The notes beneath the pieces are model-generated. The model saw only the letters and a list, made by a program, of their open reading frames with translations. It was not told where the DNA came from and searched no databases. A DNA stretch of 63,997 nucleotides, filler included, from Dicyema japonicum (Eukaryota; Animalia; Dicyemida), in assembly GCA_011109175.1 (NCBI GenBank). It is 11 parts of 11 records of this genome, joined end to end, with 100 filler letters (N's around TTAATTAATTAA, not from the genome) between each part and the next. Parts side by side here need not be neighbours in the genome. Positions count along the whole stretch, not along the records: positions 14,154 to 16,711 come from RDEW01000002.1; positions 16,812 to 33,251 come from RDEW01000044.1; 9 more parts are not named here. One strand, given 5' to 3'. How positions within the stretch are numbered: position 1 is the stretch's first letter; each line of letters starts with the position of its first letter. The position numbers and the translations under genes were made by a program. Shown one piece after another: positions 14,154 to 26,428 of the stretch.

Positions 14154-16640
14154 CTCAACACCAAGAGCTTATTGACACATTAAGTAATCAATGAAAAACT
14201 AACGACGTTTTCTGACTCTAATTACAATTTAGAGTTTATTAAGATATTACTTTAATAACACAACACCAAGATCTGATTGACACATTATGTAATCAATGAA
14301 AAACTAACGACGTTAACTGAAACTAATAACAAATTAGAGTTTAGAGATATTTCTTTAATAACACAACACCAAGATCTGATTGACACATTATGTAATTAAT
14401 GAATAACTAACAACTTTATCTGACACTAATTACAATTTAGAGTTTATTTGAGATATTACTTTAATAACTCAACACCAAGAGTTTATTGACACATTATGTA
14501 ATCAATGAAAAACTAACGACGTTTTCTGACACTAATTACAATTTAGAGTTTATTAAGATATTACTTTAATAACTCAACACCAAGAGCTTATTGACACATT
14601 AAGTAATCAATGAAAAACTACATTCATTATCTGACTCTATTTACAATTTAGAGTTTATTAGAGATATTACTTTAATAACTCAACACCAAGAGTTTATTGA
14701 AACATTATGTAATCAATGAATAACTAACGACGTTTTCTGACACTAATTACAATTTAGAGTTCATTAAGATATTTCTTTAATAACACAACACCAAGAGCTG
14801 ATTGACACATTATGTAATCAATGAATAACTAACAACGTTATCTGACACTAATTACAAATTAGAGTTTATTTGAGATATTACTTTAATAACTCAACACCAA
14901 GAGCTGATTGACACATTATGTAATCAATGAATAACTAACAACGTTATCTGACACTAATTACAAATTAGAGTTTATTTGAGATATTACTTTAATAACACAA
15001 CACCAAGAGCTTATTGACACATTATGTTATCAATGAAAAACTAACAACGTTATCTGACACTAATTACATATTAGAGTTTATTAGAGATATTACTTTAATA
15101 ACTCAACACCAAGAGCTTATTGACAAATTATGTAATCAATGAAAAACTAACGACGTTAACAGAAACTAATAACAAATTAGAGTTTATTAGAGATATTACT
15201 TTAATAACTCAACACCAAGATCTGATTTACACATTATGTAATCAATGAATAACTAACAACGTTATCTGACAATAATTACAATTTAAATACCTATTCTTAA
15301 TGAAGTTCTCAATGAAAAACTACATTAATAGAAATATAACTTTAATAACTCAACACCAAGAGCATATTGACACATTATGTAATTAATGAAAAACTAACAA
15401 CGTTATCTGACACTAATTACAAATTAGAGTTTATATGAGATATTACTTTAATAACACAACACCAAGATCTGATTTACACATTATGTAATCAATGATAAAC
15501 TAACAACGTTATCTGAATTTATTTACAATTTAGATTTTATTAGAAAAAATATTAAATAAATTGACCAATGAGCTTATATAGATCGAATGATGAAGTATCA
15601 ACGTATTTAAAATTTTGGTGAATTGGTTTACAATTGGGCTATATAACCACAAATTGGCTCATTTGAGATTATGGGATCGACTGAAGATGTAACATTAATA
15701 TTAATCCTTGTTTTTGCGAATTATTAAAAAAACGCATGTTTATTAAATAAATTTAGTCCAATTTCTATTCAGGATCTGTTGATGAAATATTGACGTAATT
15801 TCTATATATCATAAAATGGTATCCATTAGAGCTATAAAAATTTCACTGTAAAACATTTTTGATTAAAGATTAAATAAAGAATTTCTATTATTCTTGGACA
15901 CAATTATTTTTATATAACTGAAAATCATCTCTATATCAATGAAGTTATCAATGAAAAACTACATTAATAGAGATATTACTTTAATAACTCAACACCAAGA
16001 TCATATTGACACATTATGTAATTAATGAAAAACTAACAACGTCATCTGACACTAATTACAAATTAGAGTTTATAAGAGATATTACTTTAATAACTCAACA
16101 CCAAGAGCATATTGACACATTATGTAATCAATTAAAAACTAACAACGTTATCTGACAATAATTACAATTTATAGTTTATTAGAGATATTACTTTAATAAC
16201 ACAACACCAAGATCTGATTTACACATTATGTAATCAATGATAAACTAACAACGTTATCTGAATTTATTTACAATTTAGATTTTATTAGAAAAAATACTTA
16301 AATTAAGTGACCAATGAGCTTATATAGATGGAATGATCAATTATCAACATAATTAAAATTTTGGTGAATTGGCTCTTTGAGATTATGGATCGACTTAAGA
16401 AGTACAATTAATTTTAAACTTTGTTTTAGCGAATTATTAAAAAAACGCATGTTTATTAAATAAATTTAGTCCATTTTCTATTCAGGATCTGTATATGAAA
16501 TACTGACGTAATCTCTATAACTAATGAAATGGTATCATGATAATATAACTGTTGTACATTTTAGATTAAGGATTGAATAAAGAAGTATTATTGTAAGACA
16601 CAATTATATAACTGAAGATCATCTCTATATCAATGAAATT
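14154..16640. repeat. ~106-bp tandem satellite (16 monomers) with a higher-order repeat
   Basis: The anchor CCAAGA recurs at 14161, 14266, 14369, 14475, 14580, 14686, 14791, 14897, 15003, 15109, 15215, 15356, 15462, 15995, 16101 and 16207. A ~400-bp spacer is duplicated at ~15560 and ~16310. Confidence 0.95.
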
Positions 16641-16811
16641 CTAAATACAGCAGGGATCCCTGAAATATTTTGTAAGTTAAACGGATGGAAGAAAGACAAA
16701 TCCACTGAAGGNNNNNNNNNNNNNNNNNNNNNNNNNNNNNNNNNNNNNNNNNNNNTTAATTAATTAANNNNNNNNNNNNNNNNNNNNNNNNNNNNNNNNN
16801 NNNNNNNNNNN

Positions 16812-17470
16812 AACATTGATTTGGTCAAAATACTTGCGTCCTGGTGGACAGACACGTCCCTGACTTCCCCCAGTGGCAATCAACAAATTCATTTGGCAGC
16901 AAAGGGAAATTCAGTAGAAATTATCGATTTTCTTATGTGACTAATTCAGTGGAGAATTTACAAATAAAAGGCATGAAAGCCCCCGGCACGTTTCTGCTTT
17001 TTAGACAAACCGGAAAATGTTAAAGTTTTGTTTAAAAGGTTTATATTTCCTAATTTCTTAGTAAATGTGACATTGAAGCGAATGGAACCGACGAAGGACT
17101 TATTTGATGTTGACGTCTATGTTTGGCAATTTCTCTTCGATTGCCGTTTTACTCAAAAATAGCGCCAAATTCTTCAGCGTCGACAAAAAATGAAGATCAT
17201 GAAGGTGCTCGTCGCGAATAACCCCAAGTTAATTCAAAGTGGAGACGAGAACTACAACACTCTTTTATATTTGACCTTTTTCACGGACAGTGTGAATTTG
17301 TGAACTTTTTAATCAACAGTAAAGAGAACGTTAATGAAAAAATGTGTAAAATATAGGAATCAATTCTTGTTGATTAATGTGCCAACTTCAACGGTAATAC
17401 TGAAGTATGCAAAACGTTGTTGGAGAATGGCGTCGAATTGGAGACCAGCGAGCGAGCTAATGTTCATCAT
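16812..17470 (+). pseudogene. Ankyrin-repeat protein fragment (disrupted or error-ridden)
   Basis: SPSGNQQIHLAAKGNSVEIIDFL, HGQCEFVNFLINSKENVN and NGNTEVCKTLLENGVEL lie in shifting frames. Confidence 0.6.
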
Positions 17471-19035
17471 TTTCTAATTTCAGTTCACCCCTCTTCATTT
17501 GACGACTGGAAATGGTCACACTGAAGTAGTGAACCTTCTAATAAAAGAAGGGGCAGACATCCGCATAGGGACGCAAGTAGTTTCAATTCTCTTGACAAAA
17601 CTAAAAATGGCGGGTAAATATTTATCTCAATAGTAGACGAGGTTTGCATGGTTTTGTCGTCTTCGATTACCTCAAACAAGGCAACAAACTTGGACTCCGA
17701 ACAATCATTTTGTTAAAATTGAGTTTCGAAATGACGCATTTTTGAGTTGCCATAAAGATGAATTGAGTTTGGGATGTCCCCTTTTTTCGAATCTGTAGGA
17801 GAATGGGGAGAGCCTGTAAAATCTTCAGAAAAACCTAAATTTTTGAATATTCATGCATACTGTATCACCCCCTAACAGAACAGCTTATTCTTATGAAATA
17901 GAAGAAGTACGCCCAGTTTTTTTTCTCTGTGAACCTCTTTCTTGCTTTCTGCTCTACGGCTTCTATAATAGTATTTTTATTCTTTTCGGCTTCTCCAAAG
18001 TTTTTTAGACGATTACTCTGTCAATTTAATTACTCAGAGGTCCGGATGTCACGATGGCTACATTTCTGAAGATGCAAAGCCCGGGAATATAATTCATTAG
18101 ATCCTCACGTGGGTAATTTGTTTCTTTTAGTAATTTTTTGGATCTAACGTCAATCAGGTTGTGCCTTGTTTTTTTATGGGATGTGACCACGTGCAATATG
18201 GAAACTGAAATTCGAGAAGTTGACGATTTTAATTTCTTTTTAGCTTTGGCAGTGGCAACAATCTCTGTTTTCAATAACTGCATGAACATTAATCTGATTA
18301 TGTCGAAGATCTCTTTATTTGGAATTTACGTAGTCATGTTCTTATCTACAAAAAATGTAGTAAAGAGTAAGAATTGCCATTTATTATTGATCGAACTTAT
18401 AATGGACGCTGAAAAATTTTTGGGTAAAAAATTAGTCAAAAATTAACTGAAACGACGGAAACTTTTCATTCAAACAGAAAAAGAAGTAGGTTTGGGATTA
18501 TGCTTGGATCTCTGAGACTTGTGGGGTACGAAAGTAATGCTTTTATACATGAAATTTTGTAATTTGACTTTATTAAAGCTTACGATTGACACTAATTGTT
18601 ATTCTGCCTTAATGAAATTAAAGCTAATTAACACTATTCGAAATGAACAAGAAAAAATTACCAAATTATTGCTAAAACTGCCCCAAGACAAAAAATAATA
18701 ATTTTGTCACCAATTATATTATTATATTAAAAAATAATAAATTTATAATCAATTGAATATATCTTATCCAATGTTTAAGGACTTTCTGCTCTGTTTTTAG
18801 TTTTTAAAAGCGTCATGTGATCCTCCTGTCCGAAAAGACGCGCAGTCCTTGGCCGACATACAAAAAGAATTTCGCTTATTCATACTTCACTTTAGAAGTT
18901 AATTTAATTACGAATATGGTTGGACATTATGCAGACATACATTATGCTTGGAAAAGATGCATCTAGCTCTAACCGTAGGAACTGTGACCACTTGGTTAGT
19001 AGAGGACTCCCGAAAACAACAAAATAAGAAGTTTA

Positions 19036-22000
19036 TCAATCAATATAATAAAAATGTCTAAAATTGGGTTCATTGCAACATAACTCCATAGCCTCATACA
19101 CAAAGACAAGTAAAAAAGGGAATCTGTTAGTAAAATACCTAACAAACTCCCCAGGAATCTCACCCAATGACGCCTTCACATCATCAGGTAACTCCATATA
19201 GTGATTCCGCTACAAAATAAGACCTCTCACAACCTTATTTCTAATAGCTCTCAACAAATCTCTCAAATTCCTTCCCTTGTATGTCCTGAACCTACCCAAA
19301 TCTACCAAACGTCCCAATAAAATGAAAACCCGATCTCAAGGCCACACAAATGTGCTCAGTCCAGCTTTCCTTAATGACCCCACTATTATTTGCCTCCAAT
19401 CTGCGCACAAGGGGATCAAATCCGTCCAACTTTTCAATCCGGTCACTCGCTTCCTTCGAATATCACCAAATCATCCAACCAATAAAAATGAAAGCGTTTT
19501 AGCGTAATTCCAAAACAGCGGATGACTGACCACGTGGTCAATTGTCGGTCTTTTATGTGGATTGTGGTTAACCATCTTACGGATCAGAGAGATTGCAGCA
19601 TTATCATCTAAATTCAAAACAAAACTAACGTTCAGCACTGAGTTTGTCGAAAATAGCCACGTCCTCTATAATATGAGCCTGTCGATTAAAGGAATCTCCG
19701 AAAGGATGCTCCCCACCAGTCAGAGCATAGTAGAACACACACCCCAGGGAAAACACATCCGCGGCACTGTTCTGTTGGAGATACATAGTAATGACATCAT
19801 ACCACACTGTTGACATCATTTTGAACCATTTCTGGCGCCATCCACCCTTCCGTGCCAATGTTACCAGAAAGGCGGGAAAAAACGCTCGAATCTGCGAGAT
19901 CCCGACAAAAACCAAAGTCTGAAATGACTGCCCTCTCAGGCCCATTCTTTGCGGGAAATGTAATGAGAATGTTCTGGGGTTTAATATCTCTGTGGACTAG
20001 GGAGAATCAGAGATAAATAAAAACCAATTTTCAATGAATGGAGGTGAAGTAAACCCAAGGAAACTTGTCTGAGGCAGATTTTTGGGGTCAAATTTGCTGG
20101 TTTTATGGTTCCATGCACATAATCGTAAAGAGAGCCCATGCAGTATTGCAGAGCAATGTAAAGGAATTGATCACAGTTTTCCTGAGATAAAACAATTAGG
20201 AAACAGTGCAAAAGTATCGACAGACGTTCTCATGGGCGTCACAATCAATCAACAACTTTATTTCCCGCTCAAACATTACTTGGTTATGATTCAACATTCG
20301 TTTAACCGCCACATTTCGCCGGTCAAAGTAGCCTCTAAATAAATAGGAAAGAAAAAAAACTTGAAAACAACTGTCCCATCACAGCCCTTTCCAAGCACGT
20401 GTGTAGGATCGTAGTAAAGCTTTCCAACTCGAATGTGGTCCTTTATATTAGCTGAAATAAATGATAAGATTACCAGGATCTTCTGTGTTGCCTGTACGGA
20501 CATTGTGGGGTCCGCTTTCGACGAGACTTTTAATCGAATTGAAGTTTTTCTAAGAGTCATGACTACATGGTACCTTGGAGAAGTAATAAGAAAGGATGAC
20601 TGCGATGATGATGGAGATAAATGAGGCAGAGTACAAGTAAAGGTATTCTAAGAAGATTGGAAGGATGCCATGAAAATTATTACGCTTAGTTTTGGCTGGC
20701 TTTTTCGTCACTATGATAGTATAAAAGGTACAACTGAATAGGTCGTATAGGTCGTAAGTGGGGAGGGAGGAATATTCCATAATGAGTCCTTCGTTTGGAG
20801 AATATGATTCAGAATCGGTGAGGCGTTCATAATTCTAAGTTATTAATAACGGTACATTAATTTTCCAATGCAATTGTTTGTCGATTAACATGAGAAGGCA
20901 ATAGTAGCCATTATTTAGCTTTTGAATATAAACCATCGGCCTACAATAATTAATAAACAAAACATAAAAACGTGGACATATGAAATATCCACAAGAACAA
21001 TTTTTTAAAGTAAATAATTAATATAAAAATATAAAAATAAAACAAAATGCAAACTGAAAGTTTTTCTGCAGAGCATCTAAGGATTGTGCGACATCAGTCT
21101 TTGGTTTGACAAGGAAATTGAAGGTGTCATGCTCAATAGTAATAAAGGGGACAGTAATGAGTCCCACGTCGTCAATTACATAAACATTCACAACAATCCC
21201 ATCAAAGTTATTAGTCCACAATAATTTCCCGCTAATCGGTTCAAATGTAGCAAATGAACCGTCGTAATTTGATGCAAAATGTCGCAAATCTGCGATTACA
21301 TATAAACCAACCATACATCCCCACAGAAAGGCTGCCATGAGAATAGTATTCATTATACGTTATATTCGACCTATTTTAATAACCACCACATACTTGCAAT
21401 TTAAAGTTTCCTGATCCCTCACGATTATGTTATATCCTAAGAAGTTATAAAATAATTAATTTAATCATAAACAAATATTAATTTTTAAATTTAAATAAAT
21501 ACTTGTTTTCGGAATTTGGTGATGTGGGCCCAATATGTTGTCGTACTTTCTACAGTTATCAAAGCTAGTATCCGCCAGAATTTTTCCGTCATTGAGATCA
21601 ACATCAATCCAAGAATCGGTTTTGGACCCTAACATATAAATCTAGTAGATGACCAGCATATATAAGCTTATCAGTAGTTGTAGGTGGTGAAAGTGCTATA
21701 GAAGGAATGGTAGCTTTAAGTTTCTTCAGTCCTTGACGCGAATTTGTGAACAGGGTCCCGTCACGAGGGTTAGGGAAGAAGTACAAATCACTCTGATCGA
21801 TTATTATCGAAGGATCTGGGATTTATAAGATTCATATTACCTCCAAAAATAGTCCATTTAACGTTTCCTGTATATTTTTCAACGGCAATTAGCCTACCAT
21901 CAATTGTGCTGATGAGTAATATCTGTTCTGTGTGAATTAAATCTGATCTCTGCTTTTTAGTAGAAAATGAATTACTTTGGTTTTAAAAGAGTGAGATTTT

Positions 22001-22038
22001 AAATAAAATAGCAGAGATATGCAAATTATCGCGATCAT
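19036..22038 (-). CDS. ERN1: IRE1 ER-stress kinase/endoribonuclease
   Basis: Signal peptide, luminal domain (ISTIDGRLIAVEKYTGNVKWT, FPNPRDGTLF), TM segment, LGKGCDGTVVF, SDFGFCRDL, GTEGWMAPE, ADVFSLGCVFYYALTGGEHPFG, and the KEN domain RNHYMELPDDVKASLGEIPGEFVRYFTNRFP. More than ten mini-introns. Confidence 0.95.
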
Positions 22039-22385
22039 CCCACAACGTATGGAATTTCAAATTCAAATTAATTATACTTTTATTTATTTTTTATTTAATT
22101 TAGTCTTTAATTTAATAAATTTAACAATAATAATAAATTAAATTAAGATTAGTTATAATGACTGTTCCTTACTTAAATTAGGTGTGTGTTCCGCCTAAGC
22201 AGATCCATAGCTGATGTGGCTCATATTTCAGAGCAATATTATTGTATTATTAAATTAAATAAATTGTTCTTTAATAAGATAGCTAAGTTAATAACTTTCG
22301 CTAATTTTTCTCAAGTACCAAAGCTGTTATTAAAAAAATTTTGAAAATATGTCGATCGATATCTTGTTTATTTTTTTTGAATTTA

Positions 22386-22571
22386 AATTAATGAATATGG
22401 GACATCTGCTACTTGAGATTATATGCGCTTTCGCACTTAATCCAATTTTACATAATAATTATGTTTTTTTAAGTTTTTTAAATTAATGAATATGGGACAT
22501 CTGCTACTTGAGATTATATGCGCTTTCGCACTTAATCCAATTTTACATAATAATTATGTTTTTTTAAGTTT
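22386..22571. repeat. Exact ~92-bp tandem duplication
   Basis: AATTAATGAATATGGGACATCTGC...TAAGTTTT occurs twice back to back. Confidence 0.9.
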
Positions 22572-23361
22572 TTATCCTCATTTGAGAATTGAAACAAAAA
22601 TGCAATCAACCGAGGGTTATACAGTAACTGCCCTAACTGCATGGTTATTCCCCTTCAAGATGGTACGCGAGATTCGTTCAAATAGGCAGCTGCGCTGACA
22701 GAGATCTTTAGTTCGGTAGAACTTCGATTCTTTTGACTGCTCGAGAATTTTAGGGTCGAAGGCACAAGGGAACCGGAAGTTTCAACCGAAAACGGAACAA
22801 ACAAAAAATCTTCGGGGAGGACTGCGTATTTTGCTCGTTTCGACCTCAGCCTTCTCAGCTCATTTAATTAAACTTCATATTAGCGGTTAATTGGTCGGAA
22901 GGTTGTTATGTAAATAAACAAATTAAGGTTGTTGTGGTGACATTGAACGAAATATCTACTTGGTTTCGTTCTGGTTGAAAGCCCTTGTCTTCTTTTTTGT
23001 CAACATAGACGAGGTGGCTTACTTAGGAGACATTGTAGTCCGAAGTTCTGAACTGTGAATGCACGTATGATCCAGATCCAAATCTTCTCCGATCCTAAGT
23101 TGAAAGAACTTGAGGGTCATCTATCAGATCTGCACGTGTAGGGTGAATAGGGTTGTTAATTTGTGCTACGAGTCTTTGACAAATACTCATTCATCCTTTG
23201 ACTTTCAAGTTCGTCATTATATGCATCCGCATGTGAAGAAGTGATACATATGATATGAGGTGACGTAAATATTTTGTGAAATTTATCTATTTATTATTTT
23301 TGTAAAAAAGATTCGATCTGCGATAAGACGAGTCTATCTGGCACGACGCAATGTTGAAAGG

Positions 23362-23752
23362 CCTATTCAGTTGTACCTTTTATATTATCATAGTGACGAA
23401 AAAGCCAGCCAAAACTAAGCGTAATAATTTTCATGGCATCCTTCCAATCTTCTTAGAATACTTTTACTTGTACTCTGCCTCATTTATCTCCATCATCATC
23501 GCTGTCATCCTTTCTTATTACTTCTCCAAGGTACCATGTAGTCATGACTCTTAGAAAAACTTAAATTCGATTAAAAGTCTCGTCGAAAGCGGACCCCACA
23601 ATGTCCGTACAGGCAACACAGAAAATCCTGGTAATCTTATCATTTATTTCAGCTGATATAAAGGACCACATTCGAGTTGGAAAGCTTTACTACGATCCTA
23701 CACACGGACTTGGAAAGGGCTGTGATAAGACAGTTGTTTTCAAGTTTTTTTC
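23362..23752 (+). pseudogene. Inverted partial duplicate of IRE1 (TM segment to kinase G-loop)
   Basis: Near-identical to the reverse complement of 20352-20742, including the introns. Confidence 0.92.
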
Positions 23753-24049
23753 TCTCTCCTACCTTTTTTTCAAATCCAATGGTGAAGATTATTATGAAAA
23801 CTCTTCCGCTAAAAATGAAGTGATATCTGCGACGGTTCAACGTGTGATGAAAATGGAAGAAGACTGACCTACTTCTCCACCTTTTTTGGAAAGGGGTGTC
23901 TGAAATGTACTATTGGAGGATGGATTGGTCGACACAAGCAAAAGCTCTCCTTTAGATTCCTTCTTTTATTTGTAGCTGTTTGTGCTAGCTTGCCATGATT
24001 GTAATTTCGGAATTAATAAATTTGCCAGTTATTTCATTAAAGTAAAATT

Positions 24050-24400
24050 TTATTTATTAACTATGGGGGAGAACGGTTGCTAACATTACGGAGTAAACGT
24101 TTCCGCGGACAACTGCAATCCCAATTTGTTGCCTCAGCCAGACCGCTTCCCGCACGTCTTTCTTACGGTGGGCCAATTTCTCCCCGATTTTCTTTAGGAA
24201 AGAGGCTTTAATACCTTCGGCCCCTCCAGACGTCTTGATTTCCACCGGTACAAAACGGTAGCGGTCTCCAATTTCGCCATATTTTTAATCTTGATTTTCT
24301 CAGCCAGATCGGCTGCCGATCAAACAGACTGCACCGAGCTGATTATCATCGAGTTCGAGAAAGAATCCACAACAGTGCAGTCCCATACGAGCGAGTTAAT
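24050..24400 (-). mobile_element. CRE-clade retrotransposon RLE (3') fragment
   Basis: WDCTVVDSF, AADLAEKIKIKKY, RFVPVEIKT and WLRQQIGIAVVRGN. Confidence 0.8.
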
Positions 24401-24637
24401 AAATAAAAAAAATTGAAATGAGAAAAACACAACTAGCTGAGCTTTCTTTAGCGATTAACCAATTAGCAAAAACTCTTTGCATGCGTGATCTTGACTAAAC
24501 TTCTTATGAATTTCCTGTACAGTTACACTTTCCTTCAATAATATGAATTTTTTGTTGTCATCACTTGTTTTAATTGTAAACTGTTAACTCAATGACTTTT
24601 CCGAAATTATTAAATAAAATTTTTTGAAGATCACCTA

Positions 24638-24966
24638 ATAATAATAATAATAATAATAAAGCCTTTTCACGAGAGCCATAGTATTTATAGCTCCGCATAG
24701 GCAGGACACACACTTTATTTAAGTAAAGAACAGTTAATTTTAACTAATCGTAGAACCAAGGAATGATTTTCACTTCTTTTTTCCTTTTTTTGTGAGTGTC
24801 CTTTCTAGACAATCCAGTACCGCAGTGAGTATCCACTGAAGACGGCGTCACTCGTCAAACCCTTTCTGCATCGTAGATGCGTGGAACCTTCCACCAGGTT
24901 AACAGCAGCGAGATTCGAACCTGTAGCCTAAGCCACTTAAGCCCGACACCTAACCACTATGCCACC
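24638..24966 (-). mobile_element. tRNA-derived SINE with (TTA)n tail and 11-bp TSD
   Basis: A box TGGCATAGTGG and B box GGTTCGAATC at the head, (TTA)7 tail, and flanks AAGATCACCTA (24627-24637) and AAGATCACTTA (24967-24977). Confidence 0.85.
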
Positions 24967-24989
24967 AAGATCACTTAAAATCAAAAAAA

Positions 24990-25520
24990 CAAACTAAGTG
25001 ATCCCGACAAAGTAAATCTAGGCTCTCAGTTTGGTTCGATGCTTCTCTCTTTATCGTATATCGGGGTTTTTCCTGATCACGTTGGTTCAGGCCTCCTTCG
25101 TGATTTTTTCTAAAAAAAGAACAGACGATGTATGAATTTAACAGTTAGTTTCTTACAGAAAAGGAAAATTCTATGGTGGTGGCGTATCTCTGTTGCACGA
25201 AATGTTTCGCTTTATAATGGATGATAACCCTTGACTTTATCTCTTTTGGGAGCATCGATGAGGTTACGAACTCAGGAGATACCTGAAACCCGAATTTCTG
25301 GAAGGAGAAATTGCCAACTTTATCTGTCAATTCTTTGCAAGATAATATCCACAAGCACGTGCTACTTCAAACAGATGATGGGATTCAAACCTGGACCCTA
25401 TTTTCAGCCAAACTTCCTTTGTTGGTAACTTCTGATTTCTTCTGAGTCCATTCTCCTGAAACAAGGGCTTTCATCCATCATTAAGAGAATTAGATATTTC
25501 ATTTGTCCCCACCTTAACCT
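24990..25520 (+). mobile_element. Highly decayed Tc1/mariner transposase remnant
   Basis: Across frameshifts: GGGV..SLYNG, GSIDEVTN, EKLPTL..LQDN..KH and HSPE...EN, resembling the Tc1 DDE core. Confidence 0.4.
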
Positions 25521-25662
25521 TCCACCAATTAACTGTTAATGTGTTTAAGCACCGACCAATCAAACTAATATTCCTAAGCGACATTTCTGTGGCAACAAAA
25601 TCAATAAATTGCAAATAAATTGCATTTTATAAGAATTATTCAAAACAATAAATTGTGTTGTT

Positions 25663-26289
25663 ATGAATGACGTGGAGGAAAGATATACCGTCCATACCAA
25701 GCAAGAATATAATAATGAAGAGATTTTGAAGGAATGTGAATTATTTATCCAAGAAGAAACTCTTTTGGCGGACGTATTGGGTGAGTTTATAAGTTAGATG
25801 ATAAACCATGTTCACAAGTTGGAAGAAGAACGCAAATGGAGGGCATATGAAAGAAAGTACAAAAATTGGATTTCTGTAACAAAAACTAAATAAATAGAAA
25901 TATCCCCCAGTTCAGCTCAAGGATGCTTCCAACAAAGACTTTCAGGGGGTAAGTAAGCTAAGACAACGTGAGTATGGCAAATTTTTGAAACACATTAATA
26001 AACGGGTAACATGGTAGTTTTTCCACAGTTTTGGAACGTGTATTTGAATATGACGAGTATTGAGGACTACGATCCTTATGAAAGCCAAAAGATAATTTCG
26101 GAAGTTAATAGCCTCCATATCTCTTAGATTTTACAACCAAACTTGAAAACGACGCAATTGGAGAGGACTAATCTCCAGTATGACTCGCTCTGCCGTCAGG
26201 ACACGAGTTGTGATCTGTGGAGCAAAGTTCACGAATCCACGATAAATAGCGAAGTCAGAATGAAACGACAGTTTTTCTTGAATTTTTAA
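25663..26289 (+). CDS. FAM228-like protein
   Basis: KLRQREYGKFLKHINKR-FWNVYLNMTSIEDYDPY resembles, from recall, the FAM228 motif RRQ.ELD.FLKHVNKK.GN.FIEHYDPKEYDPF. It has 23-24-nt introns. Confidence 0.5.
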
Positions 26290-26428
26290 ATTAAGAGACA
26301 CAATCGTTAATTTTAAAAAGAAAACTGGCAAAGATTTTAGTTGCAGATGACTATTTCCACTAGGCAACATTCTAATAATAAAATTTCAAATTTATTTAAA
26401 TATAAGCAGTAACCATAGCAACAATAAA

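Noticed and set aside
14154-16300. Repeat array as a CRISPR or a coding repeat (on the minus strand the monomer splits into a 34-nt GT..AG plus 72 nt, i.e. an LRR-sized exon)
   Set aside because: Monomers are homologous along their whole length, so there are no unique spacers. The putative 72-nt exon has stops in all three frames, as does the plus-strand 57-nt alternative.
17485-18380. Minus-strand open segments (also 22600-23300, 28040-28890, 45307-45880, 57800-58450, 61400-62080)
   Set aside because: They may be real genes with mini-introns (57800-58450 has faint GT25 glycosyltransferase-like motifs), but frames could not be resolved and no family is supportable.
24990-25520. Possible TGA=Trp recoding in a frame with several TGA codons
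   Set aside because: The frame also has TAA, neighbouring genes (RPL23A, IRE1, RNF11-like) use TGA as stop, and the region is better explained as a decayed Tc1 transposase.
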